Below are positions 22,029 through 33,045 of a stretch of DNA of 64,000 bases, piece by piece. The stretch is from an uncultured archaeon (GTDB taxonomy: Archaea; Asgardarchaeota; Lokiarchaeia; Sigyniarchaeales; SOKP01). The stretch's first letter is position 1. Every line of letters starts with the position of its first letter. The stretch covers positions 64,001 through 128,000 of the forward strand of contig CAZALK010000012.1 of assembly GCA_964486045.1 (NCBI GenBank), given 5' to 3'. The position numbers and the translations under genes are program-made. Below the pieces are notes generated by a model, which did no database searches, was not told the DNA's origin, and saw only the letters and a program-made list of their open reading frames with translations.

Positions 22029-22781
22029 CTAGACTAATTCAATTAACTCCGTTAAACTCTCAATTTTTTTAGCGTGCTTCCAATTTTCTTCTGATTTTTT
22101 TTGATTTGAAGAAAACTGTCTTAAATTGTAATCATCAATTAATTCCGTAGCCAAATGAGTTCTGCGTTGAATTAAAATGGGGTATATTCTAGCACTATAA
22201 GCTGCGTCCATATCTTCTTTTGAATCACCTATATAACAAACTTGTTCCGGGTGTAGCTTAGTTTTTTTTAATGCAAAGGAAAAAATCATGGGATCTGGTT
22301 TTTTAAAACCTACCTCACTTGATATTGTAATCGAATCAAAAAAATTCGTTAGTTTCTCTTCATTTAACAAAGAATAGACATAAGGAGGATGGTCAAAATT
22401 CGTTATTAAAGCCAATGTTTTACTTTTCTTTAGCACTTCTAACACTGGTAACGCATCAGGATCTAAAGGTACATATGTTCTCCAAGCATTTATCGTGTTA
22501 TTTACCATTTTTCTTACAGTTTCTATTTCTAATTGCAAATCTAATTCAAGTCCTAAAGAATAAATTCTTTTTTCATATATTGTTAGTCTATGATTATTAA
22601 TTGCAGGCTCCTTCTTTGCCAGAAATCCATCACACTTTAATTCAAATGATTTTTGTGTCATATCTAGTCCAAATTCCTCAAATTCCTCAAAAAGTGCTTG
22701 TAACCACCTTTCCCAAGCTTTCTGCATATCACTATATATCATTAGCGTTCCGAAAAGATCAAAAAAAACTCCTTTTATCAT
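22029..22781 (-). CDS. HAD-superfamily hydrolase
   Basis: FDLFGTL, ITN, KPDP and IGDS motifs. Confidence 0.9.
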   Translation of the reverse strand: MIKGVFFDLFGTLMIYSDMQKAWERWLQALFEEFEEFGLDMTQKSFELKCDGFLAKKEPAINNHRLTIYEKRIYSLGLELDLQLEIETVRKMVNNTINAWRTYVPLDPDALPVLEVLKKSKTLALITNFDHPPYVYSLLNEEKLTNFFDSITISSEVGFKKPDPMIFSFALKKTKLHPEQVCYIGDSKEDMDAAYSARIYPILIQRRTHLATELIDDYNLRQFSSNQKKSEENWKHAKKIESLTELIELV

Positions 22782-22916
22782 TTTCTCCCAGTTTTTTTTT
22801 TTAATTTTAATCAGATAGTGTTAAAAATTTAAATGTAATTTGTATATTCCAAAATAAGCAATTATTTATATTTTCTCTTATCACATTGTATTTTAATAAA
22901 ATCAAAAAAAACATAA

Positions 22917-24356
22917 TTGGTTAGAATGAATAAAGAAGATATTTGTTTTATGTCAGCAATCGACATGGGAGTTAAAATAAAATCTCAGGAATTGTCATCC
23001 TTGGAGATAACTGAAGCTATAATAGAAAGAATTGAGAAAGTTAACCCTCTCATTAATGCATTTTGTACTCCAACCTTTGAAATAGCAAGAGACATGGCTA
23101 AGAAAGCAGATGAGATGGTAAGAAAAGGAGAAGAAATCGGACCTTTACATGGTATTCCTACTTCAATTAAAGATTTAATGCAAACCAAAGGGATCAAAAC
23201 AACTTATGGGTCAAAATTATACGAAGACTTTATCCCTGATATAGATGACATTGCTGTACAAAGGCTAAAAAAGGCTGGTTGCGTTTTATTGGGAAAAACT
23301 AATACTCCCGACTTCGGGCATATAGCTCTAACAATAAATAAACTATTTGGAGAAACCAAAAATCCTTGGAATATCGAAAAAAATTCGGGAGGTTCCAGTG
23401 GTGGTGCTGCAGCGGCTGTTGCAAGTGGATTAGGACCATTAGCTTTAGGTTCTGATGGTGGTGGTTCAATCAGAGTCCCCAGTAGTTGCTGTGGTGTATA
23501 TGGTCTAAAAACTACATATGGTCGTATTCCAAGTTATCCCCGTATTGGCATAGGTTTTACTTCTATGGATCATTACGGACCAATTGTAAACTATGTAAAA
23601 GATGCTGCTTTAATGTTGAATGTTGTGAAAGGGCATCATCCTGCAGATAACAATTCTTTTCCTGATGATGGTATAGATTATATCAAAATCATTGAAGATA
23701 AACCGAAAAAACTAAAAATTGGTTACTCTTTAAGCTTAGGTTTTTTTAAAGCACTTGATGAAGAAATCGAGAATAATATACTTACTAATATTCAGAATTT
23801 TGAAAAACTTGATTGGGATGTAGAAGAAGCAAATTTAAAATTAAGAAATCCGGAATTATCATTCAAGACTTTAGTTGCTACTGGCTATGCATATGATTTT
23901 AAAAAAGAATTCACTAAAAGAATTGAAGATCTAGGTCCAGATTTAGCTAGTACTATTAGATTTGGCTTAGATTGTAGCATGATGAGTATTGGAAAAGCGA
24001 AAGACCAACGAAAAAAGCTTTATGAAGCACTATATAGATATTTTAAGGACTACGATCTCTTGATTACACCAACTACCCCTTGTCCCGCATTTAAAGTAGA
24101 GCAAAGGGAATCAGGGACAATATTTCCTATGGTAAATAAGAAATCATTAAATATAGTTAGTTGGATGGCTTATACTTATCCCTTTAATATGAGTGGGTTA
24201 CCCGCTGCATCGATTCCATCTGGTTGGACAAAATCGGGTCTACCTATTGGAATGCAGATTATTGGAAGACGGTATGATGAAAAAACAGTTCTTCAAGTTT
24301 CTCAAGCTCTTGAAGAAATTGCTCCTTGGCAAAAAGTCAGACCGAATTTTAATTGA
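22917..24356 (+). CDS. Amidase-signature family protein
   Basis: SIKD, GGSSGG and GSDGGGSIRVP motifs. Confidence 0.93.
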   Translation: MVRMNKEDICFMSAIDMGVKIKSQELSSLEITEAIIERIEKVNPLINAFCTPTFEIARDMAKKADEMVRKGEEIGPLHGIPTSIKDLMQTKGIKTTYGSKLYEDFIPDIDDIAVQRLKKAGCVLLGKTNTPDFGHIALTINKLFGETKNPWNIEKNSGGSSGGAAAAVASGLGPLALGSDGGGSIRVPSSCCGVYGLKTTYGRIPSYPRIGIGFTSMDHYGPIVNYVKDAALMLNVVKGHHPADNNSFPDDGIDYIKIIEDKPKKLKIGYSLSLGFFKALDEEIENNILTNIQNFEKLDWDVEEANLKLRNPELSFKTLVATGYAYDFKKEFTKRIEDLGPDLASTIRFGLDCSMMSIGKAKDQRKKLYEALYRYFKDYDLLITPTTPCPAFKVEQRESGTIFPMVNKKSLNIVSWMAYTYPFNMSGLPAASIPSGWTKSGLPIGMQIIGRRYDEKTVLQVSQALEEIAPWQKVRPNFN

Positions 24357-24397
24357 AATTTAAATCTAGATTATTTTCTTTTTTTTTACAATATTTA

Positions 24398-25483
24398 TTA
24401 AGATTTGATTTTAGATGTTGTAATGTATGAAGAATCTCCGACCGTAATGCTTTTTTTAATTAAGTCTTCTAAAATTGAATAATCACCAATAATACTCTCT
24501 GAGGATATTATTTTTTTTAACCTCCCGCCATCACCTATTACAGAATCCGATAGTATACATTTTTTGAGACTGACGTTATCACCAATAGATACATTAGGAC
24601 CAATAACAGAGTCAGAAATTTCAACATTACTCCCAATAAAAACAGGAGGTACTATTTTTGAATCAATTATATTACCAGATTTGATTAGTTTCTCATATGT
24701 TGGATCTTGTATTTTTATTTCCGAAAGCAATAAGCGATTACCAGCTAACAAGCTTTCTGGTCTTCCAAAATCTAAGATTTCTCTTTTCATTTCATTTATT
24801 TTAAACTTAAATCCTTCTTCGATGAGTTGTTGTATAATGGGAGATATTTCATGCTCTTGACCATTTTCTAGATGAAGTTTGTTTTGTTCTTCTAATAATT
24901 TAAATAATCTGGGGGTTGCATTCATCCCAAATAGATATGAACCAGAAACGGCAAAATTAGACTTTGGTTTTACTGGTTTTTCGACAATTTTTCTAATAAT
25001 CCCAGTTTCGTCTATTTCGACGACTCCATAAAACTCTGGATTAGTTACTTGTCTTACATTTATAATTCCATCACATATATCATCATGAAAATTCAATAAA
25101 ACCTGGGAATAGTCTTCCATGGGTAATCTATCACTGAAAAATACAAAAATGTCATCATTTTCAGCATAATCTTTAGCTAGTAATATTGCATCTCCAATAC
25201 CACTAAAAAAAGGGGTGTCCGCTTCATACCCTAATGGTTTTTGTTCTACAAAATGAAGCCTAAAATAATCTGAGTGAGTTTTCTTAAGATAGTCTGTTAT
25301 TTGTCTCTTCTTATAGCCAACAATGAAACATATATTAGTGTCTTTTGGAAAAGTATTCTTCAATTTTTTGAGAATATGATCAATTAACCGTTTCCCTGCA
25401 ATTTTTAAAAAAGCTTTTGGCTTAGAATATGTAAACGGTTGTAATCTTTTCCCAACACTAGCGATAGGACAAATTAGCCACAT
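24398..25483 (-). CDS. Sugar-1-phosphate nucleotidyltransferase, long form with left-handed beta-helix
   Basis: GKRLQPFTYSKPK, YGVV, EKP and C-terminal hexapeptide repeats. Confidence 0.88.
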   Translation of the reverse strand: MWLICPIASVGKRLQPFTYSKPKAFLKIAGKRLIDHILKKLKNTFPKDTNICFIVGYKKRQITDYLKKTHSDYFRLHFVEQKPLGYEADTPFFSGIGDAILLAKDYAENDDIFVFFSDRLPMEDYSQVLLNFHDDICDGIINVRQVTNPEFYGVVEIDETGIIRKIVEKPVKPKSNFAVSGSYLFGMNATPRLFKLLEEQNKLHLENGQEHEISPIIQQLIEEGFKFKINEMKREILDFGRPESLLAGNRLLLSEIKIQDPTYEKLIKSGNIIDSKIVPPVFIGSNVEISDSVIGPNVSIGDNVSLKKCILSDSVIGDGGRLKKIISSESIIGDYSILEDLIKKSITVGDSSYITTSKIKS

Positions 25484-25564
25484 TTACGTTTAAAGCGTGT
25501 AGTATTTCTTGTAACATTATAAAAATGGATAAAATATAAAGTATTTTGAATTTTTCTTGAATGA

Positions 25565-26098
25565 TTAAAATGTTCCCAATATTTTATCTAAGATCTCGTA
25601 ATATGTTGCTTCATTTAATTTTACTTGAATAATATTTTTTAATTTTCTGATATAATAATTATCTGAATTCGTTCTTTTTGTTCCATAAATTAATTTATTT
25701 AGAGCAATTCTAGTTTTCTCATCTAAAAGTTTAGGTGGAATTTTTTTGTAATCTTCCACCAATTCCTTTTTGTCAGAGATTTTTATTGATTTTTGTTTTT
25801 GCTTAGTTACATTTTTAATTCTTGAGTAAAGGTTATTTATCCATGTTTCAATTTTTTCAATATCTCCTTTTAGATATGTCCTCTGATTAAGCCAATTTTT
25901 GAATTCAATGATATCTTGTAAGAATGTATTAACTTCAGAAATCTCAACCTTCTGAGTGTGGTCTTTTTGTACCATCTTACGAATCTTTTTTTTTTTTAAA
26001 ATCTGAACTTCATTACTCGTAAGACGCCTAAAAGCATCTTCTCGTTTCTTTTCTTCATCTTTTGATTTCTTTTTTGTGACCCATTTTTCAATTGACAT
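25565..26098 (-). CDS. Hypothetical protein
   Basis: 177-codon ORF with a GGAGG Shine-Dalgarno upstream. Confidence 0.7.
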   Translation of the reverse strand: MSIEKWVTKKKSKDEEKKREDAFRRLTSNEVQILKKKKIRKMVQKDHTQKVEISEVNTFLQDIIEFKNWLNQRTYLKGDIEKIETWINNLYSRIKNVTKQKQKSIKISDKKELVEDYKKIPPKLLDEKTRIALNKLIYGTKRTNSDNYYIRKLKNIIQVKLNEATYYEILDKILGTF

Positions 26099-26233
26099 CT
26101 AATTCCTCCTAAGGAAAAAAAAATATCAACTAATTATTTCTTTGTTATTAACCATCTGACAAATACTCAAGATCATGTTAATTTTACTATACATAAATTA
26201 AAATTCCCAGTATTTTCTATTATTATTAGTACC

Positions 26234-26974
26234 ATGAAGATAAAAGCAATAATTTTTGATTTTGGTTTTACTTTGTTTTATTTTGATAATCCTTCAGTTG
26301 AAAGATATAACGAATGCTTTAAAAAAGGACTCTTAAAATCCATTGAATCTTTAAAAGAGAAGCAAGTTTGGGACGAGCATCTTTCAGATGAGTCATTCAT
26401 TAAGAAGTTTTTTGAAAAACGGGCAGAATGTTTCCGCGAAAGTTTTAAAACGAAAACAGAGTTTCCAACCTCTCAAATATACCAAGATGTGTTGGAAAAA
26501 AGTTTAGATAAGGAAACCTATGAAAGATTAGCAGAAATCTATCATTCATATGAGGGGAAAGAATGGAAACCGTTTCCTACAACAAAGGAAACATTAGATA
26601 AATTATCAAAATATGATGATCTTAAATTAGCTGTTCTTTCTAATCACCCTAATCATAAAATGGTTGAGAATTCATTAAAAGAATATAGTCTTTTTAGTTA
26701 CTTCGATGTGGTCGTTACTTCCGATGAATTCGGGAGAAGAAAGCCAGATCCTAACATTTTTGTTTACACTCTCAATAAGATGGGTTTAAAGGATGAGACT
26801 GATTCTGTTATTGTATGCGGGGATGATTATGCTGACATTATAGGTGCTCAACGTGCTAACTTACAATCAGTTCTTGTCGAAAGAAAATACAAATTTCCCT
26901 ATGAAAGAGAGCTTAATGTCCCTAATTTAAGGAGAATTGATAATATTAGTGAAATACTAAACTTTATTGAATAA
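26234..26974 (+). CDS. HAD-superfamily hydrolase
   Basis: FDFGFTL, LSN, KPDP and GDD motifs. Confidence 0.9.
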   Translation: MKIKAIIFDFGFTLFYFDNPSVERYNECFKKGLLKSIESLKEKQVWDEHLSDESFIKKFFEKRAECFRESFKTKTEFPTSQIYQDVLEKSLDKETYERLAEIYHSYEGKEWKPFPTTKETLDKLSKYDDLKLAVLSNHPNHKMVENSLKEYSLFSYFDVVVTSDEFGRRKPDPNIFVYTLNKMGLKDETDSVIVCGDDYADIIGAQRANLQSVLVERKYKFPYERELNVPNLRRIDNISEILNFIE

Positions 26975-27027
26975 AAACTGATTTAAAAGCGGTGGTATTA
27001 CTCAAAAAGTAATGGCCCGAGGGGGAT

Positions 27028-27057
27028 TTATTCTCGTGAAGAGATTTTCTGCACATA
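27028..27057 (-). other. 30-nt tRNA intron at about position 58/59 (T loop), BHB
   Basis: Central helix GTTC/GAAT, bulges AA|T and AA|A; excision gives TTCAAAT. Confidence 0.85.
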
Positions 27058-27093
27058 TTGAACCCTCGATTACCTGGTTCGCAACCAGGTGCC

Positions 27094-27115
27094 TTCAACC
27101 TTATTTTTTGTAAGT
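27094..27115 (-). other. 22-nt tRNA intron at about position 22/23 (D arm), relaxed BHB
   Basis: Intron stem CTTA/TAAG, bulges AG|A and AA|G, imperfect central helix GGAT/GTTG. Confidence 0.8.
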
Positions 27116-27424
27116 CTATCCAGGCTGGACTATCGGGCCACTTTTATACATGTTTTTCTATTTTTTATAGTTAATAATTCTCTAAAATACTTACGTAATC
27201 ATTTTTAATAGAAATGTGACTTTAATATTGGTGGATTATAAAATTTTTATGACTTAAGATCAACTTCAATATTGTTCTTCTTGAAGTAAAATTAATTGAT
27301 AACTATAAAAGTCTATTTAAAATTAAATGATTGAATGAAAATTTAAAATATTGGCTAAGAATAGCTTTTCGGTAGTAAGATTTATAATAGTAATGATTTT
27401 TTTAAATGTTAATTAATTTAAATT

Positions 27425-27889
27425 TTGATTATTAAAGATTTAATGCATTTTTTAAAAGATAGAATAACGACTCGTATAATTTTATATTTCCTTATTCCTT
27501 TAATATTTGTAGTTCTTATTGCTAAACCATTGTATTTTTTATTTACATTTTTAATGCATTTTTGGTTTGTGTCTTTCCCATTATTTTTCATAATTATTAT
27601 TGCTCTAAGAATATTTTCCCGAAAACGGGATTATAAGAAGATGTACCTTTCTCGTGATAATAAGTCAAATCAGAAAGATTTCGAAACTACTACAAGGAAA
27701 AGTGCTTTTAATAATGAAAAACTTTCAAAACCATATATTTCATGGCTGAAGAAAGGTATCCTAAAAAAATTCTACAAGACCAAAGATAATTCTTTTAATG
27801 ATGTTTTTGCAGTTATTATAGCCTTAATTCTATTAATTCTTGGTTTTTTTCTGGTTTTAGCATTCAATAACGGAGTACCTCTTTTCTGA
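27425..27889 (+). CDS. Hypothetical membrane protein
   Basis: Three hydrophobic segments. Confidence 0.6.
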   Translation: MIIKDLMHFLKDRITTRIILYFLIPLIFVVLIAKPLYFLFTFLMHFWFVSFPLFFIIIIALRIFSRKRDYKKMYLSRDNKSNQKDFETTTRKSAFNNEKLSKPYISWLKKGILKKFYKTKDNSFNDVFAVIIALILLILGFFLVLAFNNGVPLF

Positions 27890-28068
27890 TGAGCTCCTCG
27901 TATTATATAGAAGACTTTTAATTAGGATCAGATGAACTTTTTTACTACTTTCATGATACTAATATTTTATCAAACTACCCCACATATGTAGTAAAGAGAC
28001 TAAATAAAAAATAAGAGAACAAGAAAAAAGTAATAAATATCTCTACATAATTTAATACAAGAATTCTC

Positions 28069-29829
28069 ATGGATAAGGAAGAAATTAAAAAAATTCTCTG
28101 GAAAATTGGTTTGAAAAATGCTGTAGATTTTGGTGGAAAACCAAATAAAAAAGCAGTAATGGGTAAACTAATGGCTGAAAGAGGAGATCTAAAGTCTCAA
28201 GCCCGAGATATTATTCCTATATTAGATCAAATGATAGAAGAAATTAATAATCTAAGCTTAGAGGAACAAAATAATAAATTATTAATGTTAGATCCACAAG
28301 CTTTAGACAAAAAAGAAACTCAAGAAGAAACTAGAGAATTACCCCCTTTGCCTAACATTGATGATTACCAAGGGGTTGTCATGCGCTTAGCTCCTTATCC
28401 AAGTGGTGCATTACACATCGGAAATGCAAGGATGATTGTGCTAAACGATGAATATGCGAAAAAATATAATGGCGAGCTTATATTATTTTTTGATGATACA
28501 ATAGGAAGCCCTCAATCGTTAAGAGAAAATCCAAAAGCGAAATATGTTTTGCCAGAAGCATACGGTTTGATAAAAGACGGATTGAAATGGTTAGGTGTAA
28601 AATATTCTAAGACACTATATAAAAGTGATCGGTTAGATATTTTCTACAAATATTGTGAAAAATTGATAGATGATCATATGGCATATGTATGCTTTTGCAC
28701 TGCTAATGAATTTAGAGAAAAATATAAAAATCAGGGAGTCAACTGCCCACATAGAAAATTCTCAATAGAGGAGAATATAGGTGAGTGGAAAGCTATGCTT
28801 CAAGGACAATACCATGAGGGAGAAGCGGTAGTAAGATTAAAAACTGGTATGGATCAAAAAGATCCTGCTTTGAGAGACCAAATTATCTTGAGAATCTCTG
28901 ATGCAGAACATCCCAGAGTGGGTAAAAAATACACTGTTTGGCCAATGCTTGAATTTTCCTGGGCTATTGATGATCATTTGATCGGAGCTTCACATATTAT
29001 TAGAGGTATAGATTTAGTTAAAGAGGGAATTATTGAAGAATTTATTTGGGATCATTTTGGTTGGAAAAAAGCAAAATTGCTCTATTATGGCAGATTAAGA
29101 TTTCCTAACTTGAAATTAAGCAAAACTAAGACACGTAACTCCATTCAAAATGGTGTTTATAAAGGATGGGATGATCCCAGGACTTGGAGTTTGCAATCTC
29201 TTGAAAAAAGAGGTATAAAACCAGAAGCTCTTAGAAGAACACTATTAGATCTTGGAATGTCTCAATCTGGAATAGAATTTTCGGTGAATTGGTTATATTC
29301 AAAAAATCGAGATATTATTGATGAGATTTCAGACCGATATTTTTATATAGAAAATCCCATAACTGTAATTATTCAAGATGTACCTTCTGGTGAATATCTT
29401 GCTGAGCCTTTACTACTTCCTACTAACCCAGCTAAAGGGAGAAGGAAAATTTACTGTGATGTTGAGGATAACCAATTGAAATTAATTATTAATTTTTCAG
29501 ATGCAAAGAAAATTATTGACAACGAAATCCTAAGGCTGAAAGATTTGATAAATATCCAAATTAAATCTATAGATCTTGATAAAAAAGTTATTAATTCCTC
29601 CTTTCATAGTAAGGAACTAAATAGAGAATTTGCAATTATTCACTGGTTACCAAAAGATGATAACATAAAGGTTTTAATTGTTAAACTTGATGGTTCCATT
29701 TCAAGTGGTCTAGGAGAAACAAATCTTTTAAATATCCCCATGAATAAAACGATACAATTTGAGCGATTCGGATTTGTAAATCCCATTGAATTAAGTGAAA
29801 ACCGTCTTTTCTGTTATTTTTCTCATTAA
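28069..29829 (+). CDS. gltX: Glutamate--tRNA ligase (archaeal)
   Basis: RLAPYPSGALHIGN, KLSKT, GWDDPR and QFERFGF motifs. Confidence 0.95.
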   Translation: MDKEEIKKILWKIGLKNAVDFGGKPNKKAVMGKLMAERGDLKSQARDIIPILDQMIEEINNLSLEEQNNKLLMLDPQALDKKETQEETRELPPLPNIDDYQGVVMRLAPYPSGALHIGNARMIVLNDEYAKKYNGELILFFDDTIGSPQSLRENPKAKYVLPEAYGLIKDGLKWLGVKYSKTLYKSDRLDIFYKYCEKLIDDHMAYVCFCTANEFREKYKNQGVNCPHRKFSIEENIGEWKAMLQGQYHEGEAVVRLKTGMDQKDPALRDQIILRISDAEHPRVGKKYTVWPMLEFSWAIDDHLIGASHIIRGIDLVKEGIIEEFIWDHFGWKKAKLLYYGRLRFPNLKLSKTKTRNSIQNGVYKGWDDPRTWSLQSLEKRGIKPEALRRTLLDLGMSQSGIEFSVNWLYSKNRDIIDEISDRYFYIENPITVIIQDVPSGEYLAEPLLLPTNPAKGRRKIYCDVEDNQLKLIINFSDAKKIIDNEILRLKDLINIQIKSIDLDKKVINSSFHSKELNREFAIIHWLPKDDNIKVLIVKLDGSISSGLGETNLLNIPMNKTIQFERFGFVNPIELSENRLFCYFSH

Positions 29830-29980
29830 ATCTTACTAACGGTATCTTACAAATGACCCATCAAAATATTGTGAAGTTTATCCAGTTAACGAAAAATTTA
29901 TAAAAATCAAGAATAAGTTTATATCAATACAAGAATAATTTATTTTAGTTCGTATAAATTTAGAGGATGCTATACCAGCC

Positions 29981-31864
29981 ATGAATAATCACCTCCCGTG
30001 TAAGAAATGTGGTAGTAGTTTACCCGGAGTAAAAGGATCGGTAGTGCAGTGTCCTTATTGTGGAGCAAAAAATTTCTATATGGAATCTTTTTACACGTTT
30101 AAGTATTACGCATCAGATATATTAAATTTATCTTCTCTAAGAAAAGAAAAAAAAGTTAAAAATAGTGAAATCGAGAGGAGAAAATTATTAATACATTCTT
30201 ATTTCAACAATATCATTTCAAGTTTTAATGAGTACAGACATTTTGTAATAACAAAACTAGATACGATTGACGTTGACCCTGTAAAATTATTCTATCTTAT
30301 TCGCGCGTCAGGGAATTTCGAGATTATTATAGAAAGATTCTTACTGCCTTTTATAGAAGAAGAGACCTCTAAAATGAAGTATAGAGAATTTAGAGATCAA
30401 GCATTTATCATTAATAAATCGTTATTAGCGTTTTATTATAGCTATTTAGCAAAGGTTTCAACTCGTTCAGAAAATTGCATAAAATATTACCAAATTTCAG
30501 AAAAGAATTATCAAAATATAGTAGATTATTACAACATTACTGAGTTTGAAAATGGGGGGGCCTTTCTTTCGAGTAAAGGTGAGATCTACTCTATTCTCGT
30601 TGAATTTATAAGTATTTTAAGAAACATAGTAGATGAAAACCCAAGATACTATTCAGAAAAACTCGAAAGTCTACTTCAAAAATTGAATAAGATTAAAACA
30701 AGAAATATCAAGATATATAATTTATACATCCAGATTGAACTCATTTATCAACTAGAACGAAATACATGCATTTTGTTAGAAAATATCCGGATAGAAAACC
30801 CCTTCTTACTAACTGAACCTTTGAATGAAGTGAAATTACTTTCTTCAGAGGAAAATCTTGATAATTTAAATCGAGTAAGGAACTGGATTAACAATGTTAC
30901 CCAAAAGTATCAAAGATATCAAAATTGCTTGTTAAAATTGCATTCTGGGCGAATAATTAAATATTTAGGCTCAATTCGAACAGAATTTATTAATTATAAG
31001 AATAAAAACGCTGAAAAATTTGATGCTGTGCTTGGAAAAATGATTAACAAGGCTTTGGATTCTTATAATTCTGAAACTGTAGAAGCTCTTGAAACATTAA
31101 ATAATCTAATGCAAAAAAACATATACAGTGAAAACCTAATTGAAAGGTTTCAAATAAGTCATAACGACTTAATAAAGATGGATGATGTTTTAAAAAATTT
31201 TACTGATAATTTATTTAAAATTCCACTCCTAAGAAATTTGGAGTCCGAATATTATAAGCAGTTAATCTCTTTAATATCTGGTAAGCATTCTGTGTTCGAT
31301 AAATCTATTTTAAAGTATATTATTAAAATGTTAAAAGATTTTGAAGATTTAAGAAGCAAAAACGATTTATCACTTAAAGAACAACGAAAAAAGTTTATCT
31401 CAGAAATAAAACCAAATCTTCAGAAACTAATTGATTTAAGCTTTACATTAAATGAAGAAATACTACCTTATCCACTTTTTATTGATATAGAAATTCAAAA
31501 TCAAACGTTAAAAGTAGACAATCCTGAATCTATAACCCTTATTATTGAAAATCCTAATTCTAGCGACATAAAGAACATCAAGATATATTTTTTCATACCA
31601 GAATCATTTCAGAGTAAATTATGTTTTACAAGTATTAAAAAATTAAAAGCAAATGAAACGAGAAAGATCAAAACTAGAGTTATTCCTAAGCATAAGGGTA
31701 CATTTCTTTCAATGGTTATGATTGAATACCAACATTTTAACAAAACTTTTTGGATGCCTTCATTAAAATTCAAATTAGAAGTCAAAGAAACAAAAATCAT
31801 TATAAATTATCCAGTGATCAATAACCAAATTTATAGAAATGACTTCAGGCTAATTGTATTTTGA
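29981..31864 (+). CDS. Hypothetical protein: N-terminal Zn ribbon, helical core, C-terminal Ig-like domain
   Basis: CKKCG...CPYCG at the N-terminus; beta-rich C-terminus (ITLIIENPN...VIPKHKGTF). Confidence 0.7.
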   Translation: MNNHLPCKKCGSSLPGVKGSVVQCPYCGAKNFYMESFYTFKYYASDILNLSSLRKEKKVKNSEIERRKLLIHSYFNNIISSFNEYRHFVITKLDTIDVDPVKLFYLIRASGNFEIIIERFLLPFIEEETSKMKYREFRDQAFIINKSLLAFYYSYLAKVSTRSENCIKYYQISEKNYQNIVDYYNITEFENGGAFLSSKGEIYSILVEFISILRNIVDENPRYYSEKLESLLQKLNKIKTRNIKIYNLYIQIELIYQLERNTCILLENIRIENPFLLTEPLNEVKLLSSEENLDNLNRVRNWINNVTQKYQRYQNCLLKLHSGRIIKYLGSIRTEFINYKNKNAEKFDAVLGKMINKALDSYNSETVEALETLNNLMQKNIYSENLIERFQISHNDLIKMDDVLKNFTDNLFKIPLLRNLESEYYKQLISLISGKHSVFDKSILKYIIKMLKDFEDLRSKNDLSLKEQRKKFISEIKPNLQKLIDLSFTLNEEILPYPLFIDIEIQNQTLKVDNPESITLIIENPNSSDIKNIKIYFFIPESFQSKLCFTSIKKLKANETRKIKTRVIPKHKGTFLSMVMIEYQHFNKTFWMPSLKFKLEVKETKIIINYPVINNQIYRNDFRLIVF

Positions 31865-31938
31865 ATTGAAATCTCTATACTTTGTATTACTTTGAAATGT
31901 AAACTTTTTTTAATTTGTTTACTTCTTCTACTTAAAGT

Positions 31939-33045
31939 ATGAATGATGAAGAACTTCACAAGACAAATAATAGTCAAGAATCCATAAATTTTGATTGGAA
32001 ATTTTGTCCGATATGTGGAAACAAGCTCCCGACTATTCAAAACCTTAAATATTGCATAGTTTGTGGTACAGATATTAAATATATTAAAGAGAATAAAAAA
32101 TTAAGGCCTGCCTACACTTCTAATCCATACAAATCCCCAATGCTGTATTCCCAAGATAAACCCCGTTCTATCCCATCTATCTATTATGGTCCTGAAAAAA
32201 TTTCTGATGAAAATTTAATTGATAATAAAGAACATAAACTTTGGAGCACTACGGCTTCAATTGGATTACCATTTGCAGCTCTTTTATTAATGCAAGGTTT
32301 AATTGGGGGATTTCTTACTTTAGTTATGTTCTTATTTTTTAATGTAGATTTCTATTCAAATTTATTATCAAACTCTTATCTTACTTCCTTAATATCAATT
32401 TTTGAGCTTATATTTTTATTACTACCTATATTATATGTACGTAAATATCTTCAGAATCCAACATTAAAAAATAGGTTAATTTTATTCGGATTTACTACGA
32501 GAGGCTATGACAGGAGAAGAATTTCAAAGGAAATTTTAATAGGGTTGGGTTTTGCGGTAATAGGTGTATTCATTGTGACTCTTGTATCGGTTGGAACCGA
32601 ATTATTTTTAGAGCTTGTTTTTGGAATTACTATCATCCAAGATTCAACTAGTTTAACGGGTGAAATTATTCCCTCAGATTTAATTAGCTTGATTGTCTTT
32701 TCTGTAGTTATAATTTTAGTAATTGGTACTTCTGAAGAAGTTTTATTCAGAGGATTTATGCAAAAAGGGTTGGTTCGAAACTTAGGAGATAAATGGGGGA
32801 TAATAATAACAGCCCTTATATTTTCATTAATTCATCTGCTAGGGATCTTTCTGATTGCATTAGAATCACCTTTTTTGTTCGTAATCTCATTTCTCTTATC
32901 TTTTACTCCTTATTTTGCTATCTCCCTGATTTTAGGCTGGCTTTATCATTGGAGAAGTGAAAATTTATTAGCTGTAATGATAACTCATGGTGTATATGAT
33001 GTGTTGGTAGTAGTGATAACTTACTTGTTCTATGGGATATTTTAA
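31939..33045 (+). CDS. CPBP/CAAX-protease family intramembrane metalloprotease with N-terminal Zn ribbon
   Basis: EEVLFRG, FSLIH and HGVYD motifs; CPICG...CIVCG. Confidence 0.9.
   Translation: MNDEELHKTNNSQESINFDWKFCPICGNKLPTIQNLKYCIVCGTDIKYIKENKKLRPAYTSNPYKSPMLYSQDKPRSIPSIYYGPEKISDENLIDNKEHKLWSTTASIGLPFAALLLMQGLIGGFLTLVMFLFFNVDFYSNLLSNSYLTSLISIFELIFLLLPILYVRKYLQNPTLKNRLILFGFTTRGYDRRRISKEILIGLGFAVIGVFIVTLVSVGTELFLELVFGITIIQDSTSLTGEIIPSDLISLIVFSVVIILVIGTSEEVLFRGFMQKGLVRNLGDKWGIIITALIFSLIHLLGIFLIALESPFLFVISFLLSFTPYFAISLILGWLYHWRSENLLAVMITHGVYDVLVVVITYLFYGIF

Larger units (their letters stand above)
27013..27139 (-). tRNA. tRNA-Arg(GCG) with two non-canonical introns (27094-27115 and 27028-27057)
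   Basis: Acceptor stem GGCCCGA/TCGGGCC and anticodon arm CCTGG-TTGCGAA-CCAGG. Removing 22 + 30 nt gives a 75-nt cloverleaf with D stem GTCC/GGGC and T loop TTCAAAT. Confidence 0.92.
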
